DNA from: Clostridiales bacterium
GTDB taxonomy: Bacteria; Bacillota; Clostridia; Christensenellales; CAG-138
Assembly: GCA_012517905.1 (NCBI GenBank)
Contig: JAAYUE010000083.1
Location: forward strand, 9,070-73,069
Direction of reading: 5' to 3'
DNA length: 64,000 bases
The notes under the pieces were generated by a model. It was given only the letters and a program-made list of their open reading frames with translations. It did not search any database and was not told the origin of the DNA. Position numbers and translations under genes: made by a program. Shown one piece after another: positions 54,180-63,196 of the stretch; within the stretch, counting starts at the first letter, position 1, and each line of letters begins with the position of its first letter.

Positions 54180-55010
54180 ATGAATGCCAGCGTATACAAA
54201 AGCGAGGAGAAGAAAGAGCTCTTTCGCGCGGCGTACAACGGATTTTTAAACGCGATGCCGTTTGTCAGGCGAACGGTGGACACGCCGTATGGCGAAACCT
54301 TCCTGTTGGAGGCAGGCGAGGCGGGTACCCCCGCCGTGCTGCTGCTGCACGGTTCCTGCTCCAACAGCGCGTTCTGGTTCAATGACATTCTGGCGCTTGC
54401 AGGCAGCTATCACGTCTTTGCCGCGGACATCCCCGGCGAGGCGGGCAACAGCTCGGACGTTCGCCTGAACCTCGATAACGACGACTACGCGCAGTGGCTG
54501 AGCGCGCTGCTTGACGCGCTGGACCTGCCGCGCGTCAGCCTCGCGGGCAACTCTCTCGGCGGCTGGATGGCGCTGAAGTTCGCAACGGCCTTCCCCGAGC
54601 GCGTGGAGAAGCTCATGCTCATCGCCAGCGGCGGGCTGGCGGACGTCCGGACGGAATTTTTGGATAAGGCGAATCAGGCGAAGCAGACAAACGAACCTCT
54701 TACAATGGAAGAGAGCGTCTCGGGCGGCGAATCGCTGCCAAAGGAAGTCCTCGACTTCATCAACCTCATTCTTGCAAGCTACCATCCCATCAGCGTACCG
54801 CTTCCGGTATTCTCCCCCGAGGCGCTGCGCCGCCTGACCATGCCGGTGCTCTATGTCACGGGTGGGCAGGACAACCTGCTCGACGCAGAGGCGAGCCTCG
54901 CCGCCGTCCGCGACAACATGCCGCAGGCGGAGATCCACCTGCCGCCGGACGCCGGGCATATGATTACGACCCCGTATGTATGGATGGTTCCGTTTCTGGC
55001 GAACCACTGA
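54180..55010 (+). CDS. Alpha/beta-fold hydrolase
   Basis: LLLHG oxyanion region and nucleophile elbow GNSLGG. Confidence 0.85.
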   Translation: MNASVYKSEEKKELFRAAYNGFLNAMPFVRRTVDTPYGETFLLEAGEAGTPAVLLLHGSCSNSAFWFNDILALAGSYHVFAADIPGEAGNSSDVRLNLDNDDYAQWLSALLDALDLPRVSLAGNSLGGWMALKFATAFPERVEKLMLIASGGLADVRTEFLDKANQAKQTNEPLTMEESVSGGESLPKEVLDFINLILASYHPISVPLPVFSPEALRRLTMPVLYVTGGQDNLLDAEASLAAVRDNMPQAEIHLPPDAGHMITTPYVWMVPFLANH

Positions 55011-55198
55011 CGCGATGGTCCGTCTCCCAAAGCGCCTTTCGGCGCTTTTTTTGCGCCTGTTTGCGGCGTCGCCGCCAAATCCGCAGGCACAAAAATCAAA
55101 CAAAACCTTGACCGAACTCTCGAAAACCCATCACGATTTCATCACATCTCGGCTTTATCATGAAAGCATACCAAGTAAACCACAGGAGGCACACAAAC

Positions 55199-55972
55199 AT
55201 GAAAAAGAAACTGACGATCGCCCTTGTCGCGATCCTTGCAATCTCTCTCTTACTGGCGGGCTGCGCCACCACGACAGCGACCGCCGAATCCGACACGACC
55301 GGGTATGCGCGCTACGGCAACTCGTACGCGGCGACGGATCCCGTTGAGCTCGGCGCAGGCTACCGCGGCGGAAACGCTGCCGCAGAAAGCAGCTATGGCG
55401 GCGGCTATGGCGCCGGCGACGGGTATCTGGACGGCTACGGCGCCGGAAACACCGCCGGAGGCTATAACTACAGCGACGACTGCGACCCCGTTTATGACGG
55501 AATCGCCGACCCCGACTACGCGCTGACCGAGCAGGACCAGACGCTTTCGCTCGCGGGCTACGGCTCCGAGGGCGCGCTGGACGACACGAACCTGACGCTG
55601 GCGGACATGCTCACCTACGCAGTTCAGGACGAATACCTCGCCCGCGCCGAGTATGCGCTGATCATGGACGAATACGGCAGCATCCGCCCGTTTACCAACA
55701 TCATGAAGGCGGAGGATACGCACGTTGCCGCGCTGCTGCCGCTGTTTGAAACCTACGGCATAGCAAGCCCCGCCGACGAGAGCGCGAGCCATACGGCCAG
55801 CCCGGCGAGTCTCACAAACGCCTTCGAAGCGGGCGTGAACGCCGAGGTTAACAACATCGCCATGTATGAAACGTTCCTCGATCAGGACCTGCCGTCCGAC
55901 GTGCGCGCGGTGTTTACCAGCCTCATGCGCGCTTCGGAAAACCATCTGCGCGCTTTCCAGAACCAGCTGTAA
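55199..55972 (+). CDS. DUF2202 ferritin-like lipoprotein with a Gly/Tyr-rich linker
   Basis: Trimmed to ATG 55199 after AGGAGG. Lipobox LLAGC. The two halves YAVQDEYLARAEY and EAGVNAEVNNIAMYE...SENHLRAF are ferritin-like. Confidence 0.72.
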   Translation: MKKKLTIALVAILAISLLLAGCATTTATAESDTTGYARYGNSYAATDPVELGAGYRGGNAAAESSYGGGYGAGDGYLDGYGAGNTAGGYNYSDDCDPVYDGIADPDYALTEQDQTLSLAGYGSEGALDDTNLTLADMLTYAVQDEYLARAEYALIMDEYGSIRPFTNIMKAEDTHVAALLPLFETYGIASPADESASHTASPASLTNAFEAGVNAEVNNIAMYETFLDQDLPSDVRAVFTSLMRASENHLRAFQNQL

Positions 55973-56021
55973 CGAAGCGCGCCCGATTCATCGACCAAAC
56001 GACTGACAGGAGGATTTGACC

Positions 56022-57302
56022 ATGTCCGCCACGCCCGCCACCCCGACCGGCAAGCGCGAAAAACGCCTTGCGCTCGTCTCCCGCATACTCCGCTGGGTCA
56101 CGCTCGGCAGCTTTCTCGCCTTTGTACTCGCGGCAACCGCGCTGCACACGCTGGGCTACGTCGGCCCGTCCATCCACGCGCTCTGCCCCTACGGCGGGCT
56201 GGAGTCCATGCTCTCGATCGTCGCCGTCGGCACGTTTCTGAAACGAATCGTAATCGGCACGTTCGTTCTCTTCGGCACGACCGTACTGCTCGCCGTCGTC
56301 ATGCGCCGCTCGTTCTGCGGGCAGATTTGCGCATTCGGCGCGCTGCAGGAGTTTTTCGGCAAGATCGGCGCCAAGCTCTTTAAAAAGCGCCCGACGATTC
56401 CGAAGAAGCTGGACGGCGTACTGCGTTACCTCAAGTTCGTCGTGCTCGGCGTGACCGTCGCCATGGCATGGATCACCGGAGAACTCTGGATTACGCCCTA
56501 CGACCCCTTCAACGCGCTGGGGCATCTGGCGGACTTCAACGCGCTGATCACCTCGTACCTTGTCGGGTTTATCGTGCTCGTGATCACGCTGCTGGGTTCG
56601 GTCGTATACGATCGCTTCTTCTGCAAGTATCTCTGCCCGGCGGGCGCGCTCTACGGCGCGATCGGCAAGGTCAGCCCGTATGCGGTGCGCGTGGAAGAAA
56701 GCGCCTGCATCCGCTGCGGCAAGTGCAGCCGCGCCTGTCCGATGAACATCGACGTGATGAACGCAAAAAACGGACGCGTCACGAGCATGGAGTGCATCAA
56801 CTGCAACGAATGCATCACCGTATGCCCCGTGCAGGGCGCGATTCACACCGGCTTTTCGAAGAAGGCGCGCATCCATCCGATCCTGGCCACCGTGCTTGCG
56901 CTCACGCTGTTCCTCACCCCCATCGGCATCGCCGCGGCGACGGGCAACATGCAGCTGCTGCCGAATAAATACGAAGGCTTGAGCTGGGGCGTCCCGGCGG
57001 AGGCCGAGGAAGGCGGCGGCGGTCACGAAGACGAGGCGGAAGGCGTAGAAAGCGGCGACCACGAGGGCGAAGCGACGGTCCTCGAAGACGAGGACTATGA
57101 AGCGATCAACGGCTATGCGCCGAACGATCTGCGCGGGTCGTATACGCTGGAACAGACGGCGGACCTGCTGGGCATTCCGCTTGACGAACTCTACCGCCGG
57201 CTCGGCCTTCCGGCGGACTATCCCGCCAACGCCTCGCTCAGCAACGCAGCTACGGACATGGGCATGGGCCTGAGCGACTTCAAGCACCAGCTCTTCGACT
57301 GA
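56022..57302 (+). CDS. NapH/MauN-type membrane polyferredoxin (4Fe-4S binding)
   Basis: TM segments with CPYGG, CGQICAFG and CKYLCPAG motifs. Two ferredoxin motifs, CIRCGKCSRACP and CINCNECITVCP. Acidic C-terminal tail. Confidence 0.85.
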   Translation: MSATPATPTGKREKRLALVSRILRWVTLGSFLAFVLAATALHTLGYVGPSIHALCPYGGLESMLSIVAVGTFLKRIVIGTFVLFGTTVLLAVVMRRSFCGQICAFGALQEFFGKIGAKLFKKRPTIPKKLDGVLRYLKFVVLGVTVAMAWITGELWITPYDPFNALGHLADFNALITSYLVGFIVLVITLLGSVVYDRFFCKYLCPAGALYGAIGKVSPYAVRVEESACIRCGKCSRACPMNIDVMNAKNGRVTSMECINCNECITVCPVQGAIHTGFSKKARIHPILATVLALTLFLTPIGIAAATGNMQLLPNKYEGLSWGVPAEAEEGGGGHEDEAEGVESGDHEGEATVLEDEDYEAINGYAPNDLRGSYTLEQTADLLGIPLDELYRRLGLPADYPANASLSNAATDMGMGLSDFKHQLFD

Positions 57303-57315
57303 ACAAAACAACGCA

Positions 57316-57350
57316 AACCAGGCTCCGGCTGACGCCGGAGCCTGGTTGTT
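57316..57350. terminator. Bidirectional terminator
   Basis: AACCAGGCTCCGGC-tgac-GCCGGAGCCTGGTT, a 14-bp perfect stem. Confidence 0.85.
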
Positions 57351-57361
57351 GATAGGTTCCA

Positions 57362-58699
57362 TTATTCCATCGACATCGTGTCAAACCAGAACACGGTGCG
57401 CTTTTCGTCGCTCTCGACGCCGTAGGCAACGCCGTGGCGGGTGACGATGCTCTTGACGATCGCGAGTCCCAGCCCCGTGCCGAGGCCGCCCGCCTCGCCA
57501 TGCTTCGGCGCGCGGTGATAGCGATCCCAAATCGCCGGAAGTTCCTCCGCCGGAATCGGCGAGCCGGCGTTTTCCACCGAGATGCGCATGGCGCGCCCGC
57601 TTACCCGCGCGACGACGCGGATGCGCGAACGCGGCGACGCATGCCGAACGGCGTTGTCCACAAGGTTATTCACCACCTGCGTAAACTGCCCGCGGTCGAA
57701 GCGCACATCCCCTTCGGGGCACTCCAGCTCCAGCGCGATGTCGCGCTTGCCCGCCTCCAGCTCAAACCGCCCGACGATCTCGCCAAGCGCCTCCGCGCAG
57801 GAAAAATCGACCGGGTGCAGCTCCTCCGCGCCCGCCTGCAGCTTGGAGTAATCCAATATATCGCTCACCAGCGCGCTGAGGCGCACCGATTCGTCGCTGA
57901 TTGCGTTGAGCTGCGCGGTGCGTTTTTCCTCGTTTGGCCAGGTCACGTCCCGAACGGTCTCGGCGTAGCCGCGGATGATCGTCAGCGGCGCGCGCAGTTC
58001 ATGCGAAACGTTGGCGATCAGCTCCCGCCGCAGCTCCTCCGCCTTGCCCAGCTCGTCGCCGAGTTCGTTGAGCGCCTGCGTGAGCTGGCCGATCTCGTCC
58101 CTGGCGCGCACCGGCGTTTTCACCGAATAATCGCCCGCCGCCATCTGTTTGGCGGCCCGCGTCACCTCGACGATCGGACGCGAAAACAGCCGCGAGAGCA
58201 GGATGGAGAGCAGCAGCGCCGCGGTCATCAGCACGCCGGTGATCACCCAGAGCTGGCGCAGCAGCACGCGGGACGCCTCCGCCACGTCCACCAGGGAAAA
58301 CGCGATGAGCAGCGTGCCGCCCTCGACGGAGCGACTCAAGAGCGCATAGCGCGCGTCGTCGGTCTCGGTCTGCAGATACTCCACGTCGCCGCCCGCCGCC
58401 GCGACGAGCTCCGGAATGCGGCGCACGATCTGCCCGCGCATGGGCAGCCCGTCCGACTGGTACACGACCGTGCCGTCCGTATTCACCGCCAGCAGGCTGA
58501 CGTTGAGCGCCGTCTCCAGCGCCGCGTAGTCCGTCTCCGGCGCGATCGCCGTCTGCGCGGCCGCCGCGTCGATGGTTTCGATGCGCTGGTTGAGATAGCT
58601 GTCGCTCAAAAACACCGCCTGGACGAGCCAGACGAGCGCCGCGGCGAGCGCGGCCATGCCAAGAAACGCAAGCGCGAGCTTTGTGACGATCCGCTTCAT
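57362..58699 (-). CDS. Sensor histidine kinase
   Basis: Trimmed to ATG 58699 (ATGA overlap with the RR gene). H-box SHELRAPL, DNAVRHA, GTGLGLAIV. Confidence 0.9.
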   Translation of the reverse strand: MKRIVTKLALAFLGMAALAAALVWLVQAVFLSDSYLNQRIETIDAAAAQTAIAPETDYAALETALNVSLLAVNTDGTVVYQSDGLPMRGQIVRRIPELVAAAGGDVEYLQTETDDARYALLSRSVEGGTLLIAFSLVDVAEASRVLLRQLWVITGVLMTAALLLSILLSRLFSRPIVEVTRAAKQMAAGDYSVKTPVRARDEIGQLTQALNELGDELGKAEELRRELIANVSHELRAPLTIIRGYAETVRDVTWPNEEKRTAQLNAISDESVRLSALVSDILDYSKLQAGAEELHPVDFSCAEALGEIVGRFELEAGKRDIALELECPEGDVRFDRGQFTQVVNNLVDNAVRHASPRSRIRVVARVSGRAMRISVENAGSPIPAEELPAIWDRYHRAPKHGEAGGLGTGLGLAIVKSIVTRHGVAYGVESDEKRTVFWFDTMSME

Positions 58700-59388
58700 G
58701 CCGCGCCTCCCGAAAAGCGATACCCCGTGCCCCAGACGGTCACGATGTGCTCGCGATAGGCGCCGAGCTTTTCGCGCAGGCTCTTGACATGCGTGTCCAC
58801 CGTCCGCGCGTCGCCGAAAAAGTCGTATCCCCAAACGTGGTTGAGCAGCTGGTCGCGCGTAAACGCAATCTCCGGCCGAGACACGAAAAACGCGAGCAGG
58901 TCGAATTCCTTGGGGCTGAGGTTGACGCCCTCGCCGTCCACCTGCACCGTCCGCGCGGCGGCGTCCACCCGAAGCCCGCCGAACACAAACGCCGTTTCGC
59001 TTTCCTGCGCCGCGCCGGAGCGTTTGAGCAGCGCCTTCATGCGCGCGATCAGTTCGCGCGGGCTGAAGGGCTTGCCGATGTAGTCGTCTACGCCGAGCTC
59101 AAAGCCGAGCAGGCGGTCGTATTCCTCGTTTCGCGCGGTCAAAAGAATCACGGGCACCCGGCTGCTTTTTCGAATCTGCTTGAGCGCGCCCCAGCCGTCC
59201 AGCCGCGGCATCATCACGTCCAGCACCACAAGCGCATAGTCGCCCGACGCAAACAGCGAAAGCGCTTCCTCGCCGTCCCCCGCCTCGTCAAAGCTCCAGT
59301 CCTCCGCCTGCGCGTATTCGCGCACGATCGAGCGGATGCGCATGTCGTCGTCCACCAGCAGAATCCGGATCAAGCCGCGTCCCTCCAT
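58696..59388 (-). CDS. OmpR-family response regulator
   Basis: Trimmed to MEGRGLIRILLVDDD. Winged-helix segment RTVDTHVKSLREKL...VWGTGYRF. Confidence 0.92.
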   Translation of the reverse strand: MEGRGLIRILLVDDDMRIRSIVREYAQAEDWSFDEAGDGEEALSLFASGDYALVVLDVMMPRLDGWGALKQIRKSSRVPVILLTARNEEYDRLLGFELGVDDYIGKPFSPRELIARMKALLKRSGAAQESETAFVFGGLRVDAAARTVQVDGEGVNLSPKEFDLLAFFVSRPEIAFTRDQLLNHVWGYDFFGDARTVDTHVKSLREKLGAYREHIVTVWGTGYRFSGGAA

Positions 59389-59535
59389 TTCCGCGCCGGA
59401 CCAGATCGTTCCGGCGTTTGTCCGCTTTTTTTGATCGTACCATCCTTTGCCGAAAAATGCACGAAAAAACAAAGCCGCTTTTCGGCGGCTGTCGAATTTT
59501 TTCGCTTGCGGCACAAACCGGCGGCGGCTCTGGCG

Positions 59536-60780
59536 CTACACGCGCTCCTTCCGCCAGAAGAGGACAAAGTAAATCGGAACGATCAGCAGCAGCACCGCCA
59601 CGCCGCAGGCGATGAAGCCCATGCGCGCGCCGAACCAGTTGTCCGCCGCGCCGACGAACAGATTGCCGATGGGGGTCGATCCCGCCACGATCAGCGAATA
59701 CACGCTCATTACGCGGCCGCGAAAGCGGTCCTCCGTTCGAATCTGGATATTGGAATTCGCGGTGGAAAGATAGGTGACAAACAGAAATCCCCCGATTGCA
59801 AGCGTGACGGCCGTGGTCGCGAAACGGTTCATATAACCGATCAGGATCAGCACAGCCCCGGTGATCGCCGGCAGCACAAACAGGATGAAGTGACGCGGCC
59901 CGCTCTTGCTCAGCGACGCGACGAGCAGCGCGCCGAGCAGCGCGCCCGCCCCGAGCGCCGAAAGCAGGAAGCCGTAGCCCGTCTCCGCGAGGCCCAGGAT
60001 CTGCTGCGCAAACACGGGCACGCTCACGCCGTAATTCAGCGCAAACGTGGAGATGACCGCGATGAACAGCATGGTTACAAACAGGTCCTCGTTTCGCCGG
60101 ATATACCGAAGGCCCTCTTTGATGCTCTCCATCATGCTCTGTTTCACCGGCTCTTCCGGCAGGGCGCATACCTTCGGATGGATGAAAAACAGGCTGATGA
60201 GCACCGCGGCGAAGCTGATGGAGTTGATCAGAAAGCAGGCGGACACGCCGAACGCCCCCATCACGAGGCCCGCGACGGAGGGGCCGACCATACGCGCGGC
60301 GTTGAATACAAGCGAATTGAGCGCGATGGCGTTCATGAGGTCCTCATGGCCGACCATCTCGACGACGAACGACTGGCGCAGCGGCATATCGAGCGTGTTG
60401 ACCACGCCCATCAGGCTCGCCGTGACGAGCAGATGCCAGTAGCGGATGCCGCCCGAGCGCGAGAGCAGCCAGAGCGCGAATGTGATGACCAGAAACAGCG
60501 ACTGCGTGATCACGAGCATGCTCTTCTTCGGCATGCGGTCGATCAGCACGCCCGCAAAGAGCGAAAACAGCAGCGACGGCAGAAACTGCAGCGCGCTGAC
60601 CACGCTGAGCAGCAGCGCGGAATTCGTCAGCGAATACGCCAGCCAGGGCTGTGCAGTGTTCTGCATCCACGTGCCGATGGTGGAGACGCACATTCCGAAG
60701 AAATAGTAGCGAAAATTTGCATGCTTGAGCGAAATGAACGGATTGTTCAGGCCGGATTTCGCAGGTTGATTTACAGACAA
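59536..60780 (-). CDS. MFS transporter (EntS/enterobactin-exporter-like)
   Basis: About 12 TM segments. AGVLIDRMPKK loop. TTG start; the next ATG would delete TM1. Confidence 0.83.
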   Translation of the reverse strand: MSVNQPAKSGLNNPFISLKHANFRYYFFGMCVSTIGTWMQNTAQPWLAYSLTNSALLLSVVSALQFLPSLLFSLFAGVLIDRMPKKSMLVITQSLFLVITFALWLLSRSGGIRYWHLLVTASLMGVVNTLDMPLRQSFVVEMVGHEDLMNAIALNSLVFNAARMVGPSVAGLVMGAFGVSACFLINSISFAAVLISLFFIHPKVCALPEEPVKQSMMESIKEGLRYIRRNEDLFVTMLFIAVISTFALNYGVSVPVFAQQILGLAETGYGFLLSALGAGALLGALLVASLSKSGPRHFILFVLPAITGAVLILIGYMNRFATTAVTLAIGGFLFVTYLSTANSNIQIRTEDRFRGRVMSVYSLIVAGSTPIGNLFVGAADNWFGARMGFIACGVAVLLLIVPIYFVLFWRKERV

Positions 60781-61047
60781 AACGATGCCTCTGCCGCTCC
60801 GAAAAGTTTCGCGCGCCGATGCGCGCGTCGAAGTATGTATGATTATAACACTAAGACACCTGTTTTAATACGGTGCCGGTAAAAAAAACAGTTGCATCGA
60901 TTACTCTGCGCCGCGGGAGGGCATTCTTCTGCATAAAATGTTACAAAATTGCAATACTCTTGCCTCTGTATGCCATTAGACTGATATAATGTATGGCAGA
61001 AACCGCGTATCGCGGATTATGAAAATCGTAAGAGGTAATCAGCTTTG

Positions 61048-61977
61048 ATGCAGCAAGTGCAGGAGATCGTCAACCAGGTACGAAAAGTCGTCGTCGGCAA
61101 GGACCCCGTGATCGGCAGCATCCTCATGGCGATGCTCGCGCAGGGACACGTACTGCTCGAGGACGTGCCCGGCGTCGGCAAGACCACGCTGGCGCTGGCC
61201 TTCTCGAGAACGATGGATCTCTCCTATAAACGCATGCAGTTCACGCCGGACGTCATGCCCTCGGACATCACGGGCTACACCACGCTGCAGACCGGCGGCG
61301 CGGCGGGCGCCTATGTGCCCGGCGCAGCGATGTGCAACCTGTTTCTCGCGGACGAGATCAACCGCGCGTCGAGCAAGACCCAGTCCGCCCTGCTCGAGGT
61401 CATGGAGGAAAACAGCATCACGGTCGACGGCGTGACGCGCCCCGTTCCGCAGCCGTTCCTCGTGATCGCAACACAGAACCCGGCGGGCTCTTCCGGCACG
61501 CAGCCGCTGCCGGAGTCCCAGCTCGACCGGTTCATGGTCCGGCTCTCGATGGGATATCCCGACCGCCGCAGCGAGGTGGAGATGCTTCGCCGCCATCAGA
61601 ACGCGGTCTCGCTCGACTCCGTCAGCCGCGTGATCTCTCCGCAGGACCTCACGGTCATGCAGCGCGAGGTGGAGGGCATCTATGTCTCCGACGCGCTGTT
61701 TGCCTACATCACCGAACTGACCGCATGGACGCGCACGCAGCCCGCCATCCGCATCGGCGTCAGCCCTCGCGGCACCATCGCGCTGCTTCGCATGTCCAAG
61801 GCGGCGGCGTACCTCTCCGGACGGGATTATTTGATTCCGCAGGATGTGCAGGCGGTCTTTGAAAGCGTCTCGGCGCACCGCATCCAGCTCAGCCCCCGTG
61901 CGCTCGTCAGCGGCGTGAGCGAGCAGCAGCTCGCCAAGCGCGCGCTGACGCAGGTGCAGGCGCCCGTCGCGGTATAA
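61048..61977 (+). CDS. MoxR-family AAA+ ATPase
   Basis: Walker A DVPGVGKT and Walker B LFLADEINRA. Start is ATG 61048 or TTG 61045. Confidence 0.92.
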   Translation: MQQVQEIVNQVRKVVVGKDPVIGSILMAMLAQGHVLLEDVPGVGKTTLALAFSRTMDLSYKRMQFTPDVMPSDITGYTTLQTGGAAGAYVPGAAMCNLFLADEINRASSKTQSALLEVMEENSITVDGVTRPVPQPFLVIATQNPAGSSGTQPLPESQLDRFMVRLSMGYPDRRSEVEMLRRHQNAVSLDSVSRVISPQDLTVMQREVEGIYVSDALFAYITELTAWTRTQPAIRIGVSPRGTIALLRMSKAAAYLSGRDYLIPQDVQAVFESVSAHRIQLSPRALVSGVSEQQLAKRALTQVQAPVAV

Positions 61978-61981
61978 TCCC

Positions 61982-63196
61982 ATGGCCGGAAATCGGATTC
62001 TGTACGGTTACGCGCTGTTTTTTTCGTTCATTCTGTTTGTGCTGTTCGATCTGTATCTGTTTCATCTGCTGCTGATCTTTCTGTTGATCCTGCCGCCCGT
62101 TTCGCTGCTGGCGGCGCTTCCCGTGCGCCAAAAACTGCGCTACGCGCTGGAGATCGAAGACGACATCGTGCCCAAGGGCATGTGCGGCATCCGCCTCTCG
62201 GCGCGCAACGACAGCATGCTGCCCTGCGCGGGCGTGCGCTTTACGCTCGAGCGGCATAACGCTCTGGGCCGGCTCGGCGAGCGGTATATCGAAACGTCCG
62301 AAGACATCGTCCAGTTTCCGCTCGGCCCGCGGAGTTCCTATTCTATGGAGCCCGCGGTCAGGATGGCGCACTGCGGCCGGGTGGACCTCGCCGTCCGCCG
62401 TGTATCCGTTATCGACATGATGGGATTGTTTGCGCTGCCTGTCCCGCCGAAAAGCCGTTCCGCCGGCATGGGCAGCGTCTATGTGCTGCCGGAGCTGCAG
62501 GTTCGCAGCATCCAGACGGAGGAGGCGGCGGACCTCGGGATGGACAGCGCCACCTATTCCACCGAAAAAGCGGGCGGCGATCCTTCGGAGATCTTCCAGC
62601 TGCGGGACTACCGCGAAGGCGACGCGCGCCACAGCGTGCACTGGAAGCTCAGCAGCCGCATGAATCGGCTGATCGTCCGGGAATTCGGCCTGCCGCTCAA
62701 CCCGTCGCTGCACTTTCTGCTCGAACTGCGCGAGGATGCGAACCCCGCCGCCGCGGAGGCCATGCTCGGCACCATGCTCGCGTTTTCGGAGCATCTCATG
62801 GCGCGGGACGTCACCCATTCCATCAGCTGGATCGGGGAAGAGGGCGGCCTGCGCACCATGCCCGTGACCGGACCGGAGGCACTCGCCTCCGTGCTGCACG
62901 AACTGCTCGCGCTGCCCGGCCAGAGGCGCTGGAGCACGCTGGAGCGGTTCGCCGCGAGCGGCGCGGCAAAATCCGACACGCATCTTGTCTACCTCGTCGC
63001 GGGGAACATCTGGAACGCGGCGGGGGATGAAAACGCCGCGCGCCTGCTCGGCAGCCTGGTCGACCTCGGCATCTGCCGCCGCATGACAATCATGCCGGAA
63101 AGATGCCCGCCGGATACGGCGCAGACGCTGCTGGAGCTCGGCTGCGAGGTGCAGCTGCTCGACGGAAGCATCCCGGGCGCGGAGGCGGAATCATGA
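61982..63196 (+). CDS. DUF58 domain protein (MoxR partner)
   Basis: N-terminal TM segments plus the hallmark LRDYREGDARHSVHWKLSSR. Confidence 0.88.
   Translation: MAGNRILYGYALFFSFILFVLFDLYLFHLLLIFLLILPPVSLLAALPVRQKLRYALEIEDDIVPKGMCGIRLSARNDSMLPCAGVRFTLERHNALGRLGERYIETSEDIVQFPLGPRSSYSMEPAVRMAHCGRVDLAVRRVSVIDMMGLFALPVPPKSRSAGMGSVYVLPELQVRSIQTEEAADLGMDSATYSTEKAGGDPSEIFQLRDYREGDARHSVHWKLSSRMNRLIVREFGLPLNPSLHFLLELREDANPAAAEAMLGTMLAFSEHLMARDVTHSISWIGEEGGLRTMPVTGPEALASVLHELLALPGQRRWSTLERFAASGAAKSDTHLVYLVAGNIWNAAGDENAARLLGSLVDLGICRRMTIMPERCPPDTAQTLLELGCEVQLLDGSIPGAEAES

Noticed and set aside
58747-60882. 711-aa plus-strand ORF spanning the response-regulator and MFS genes.
   Set aside because: It is antisense to two well-supported genes and crosses their intergenic gap. 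Its composition is dominated by R/H/Q/A. There are no recognisable motifs.
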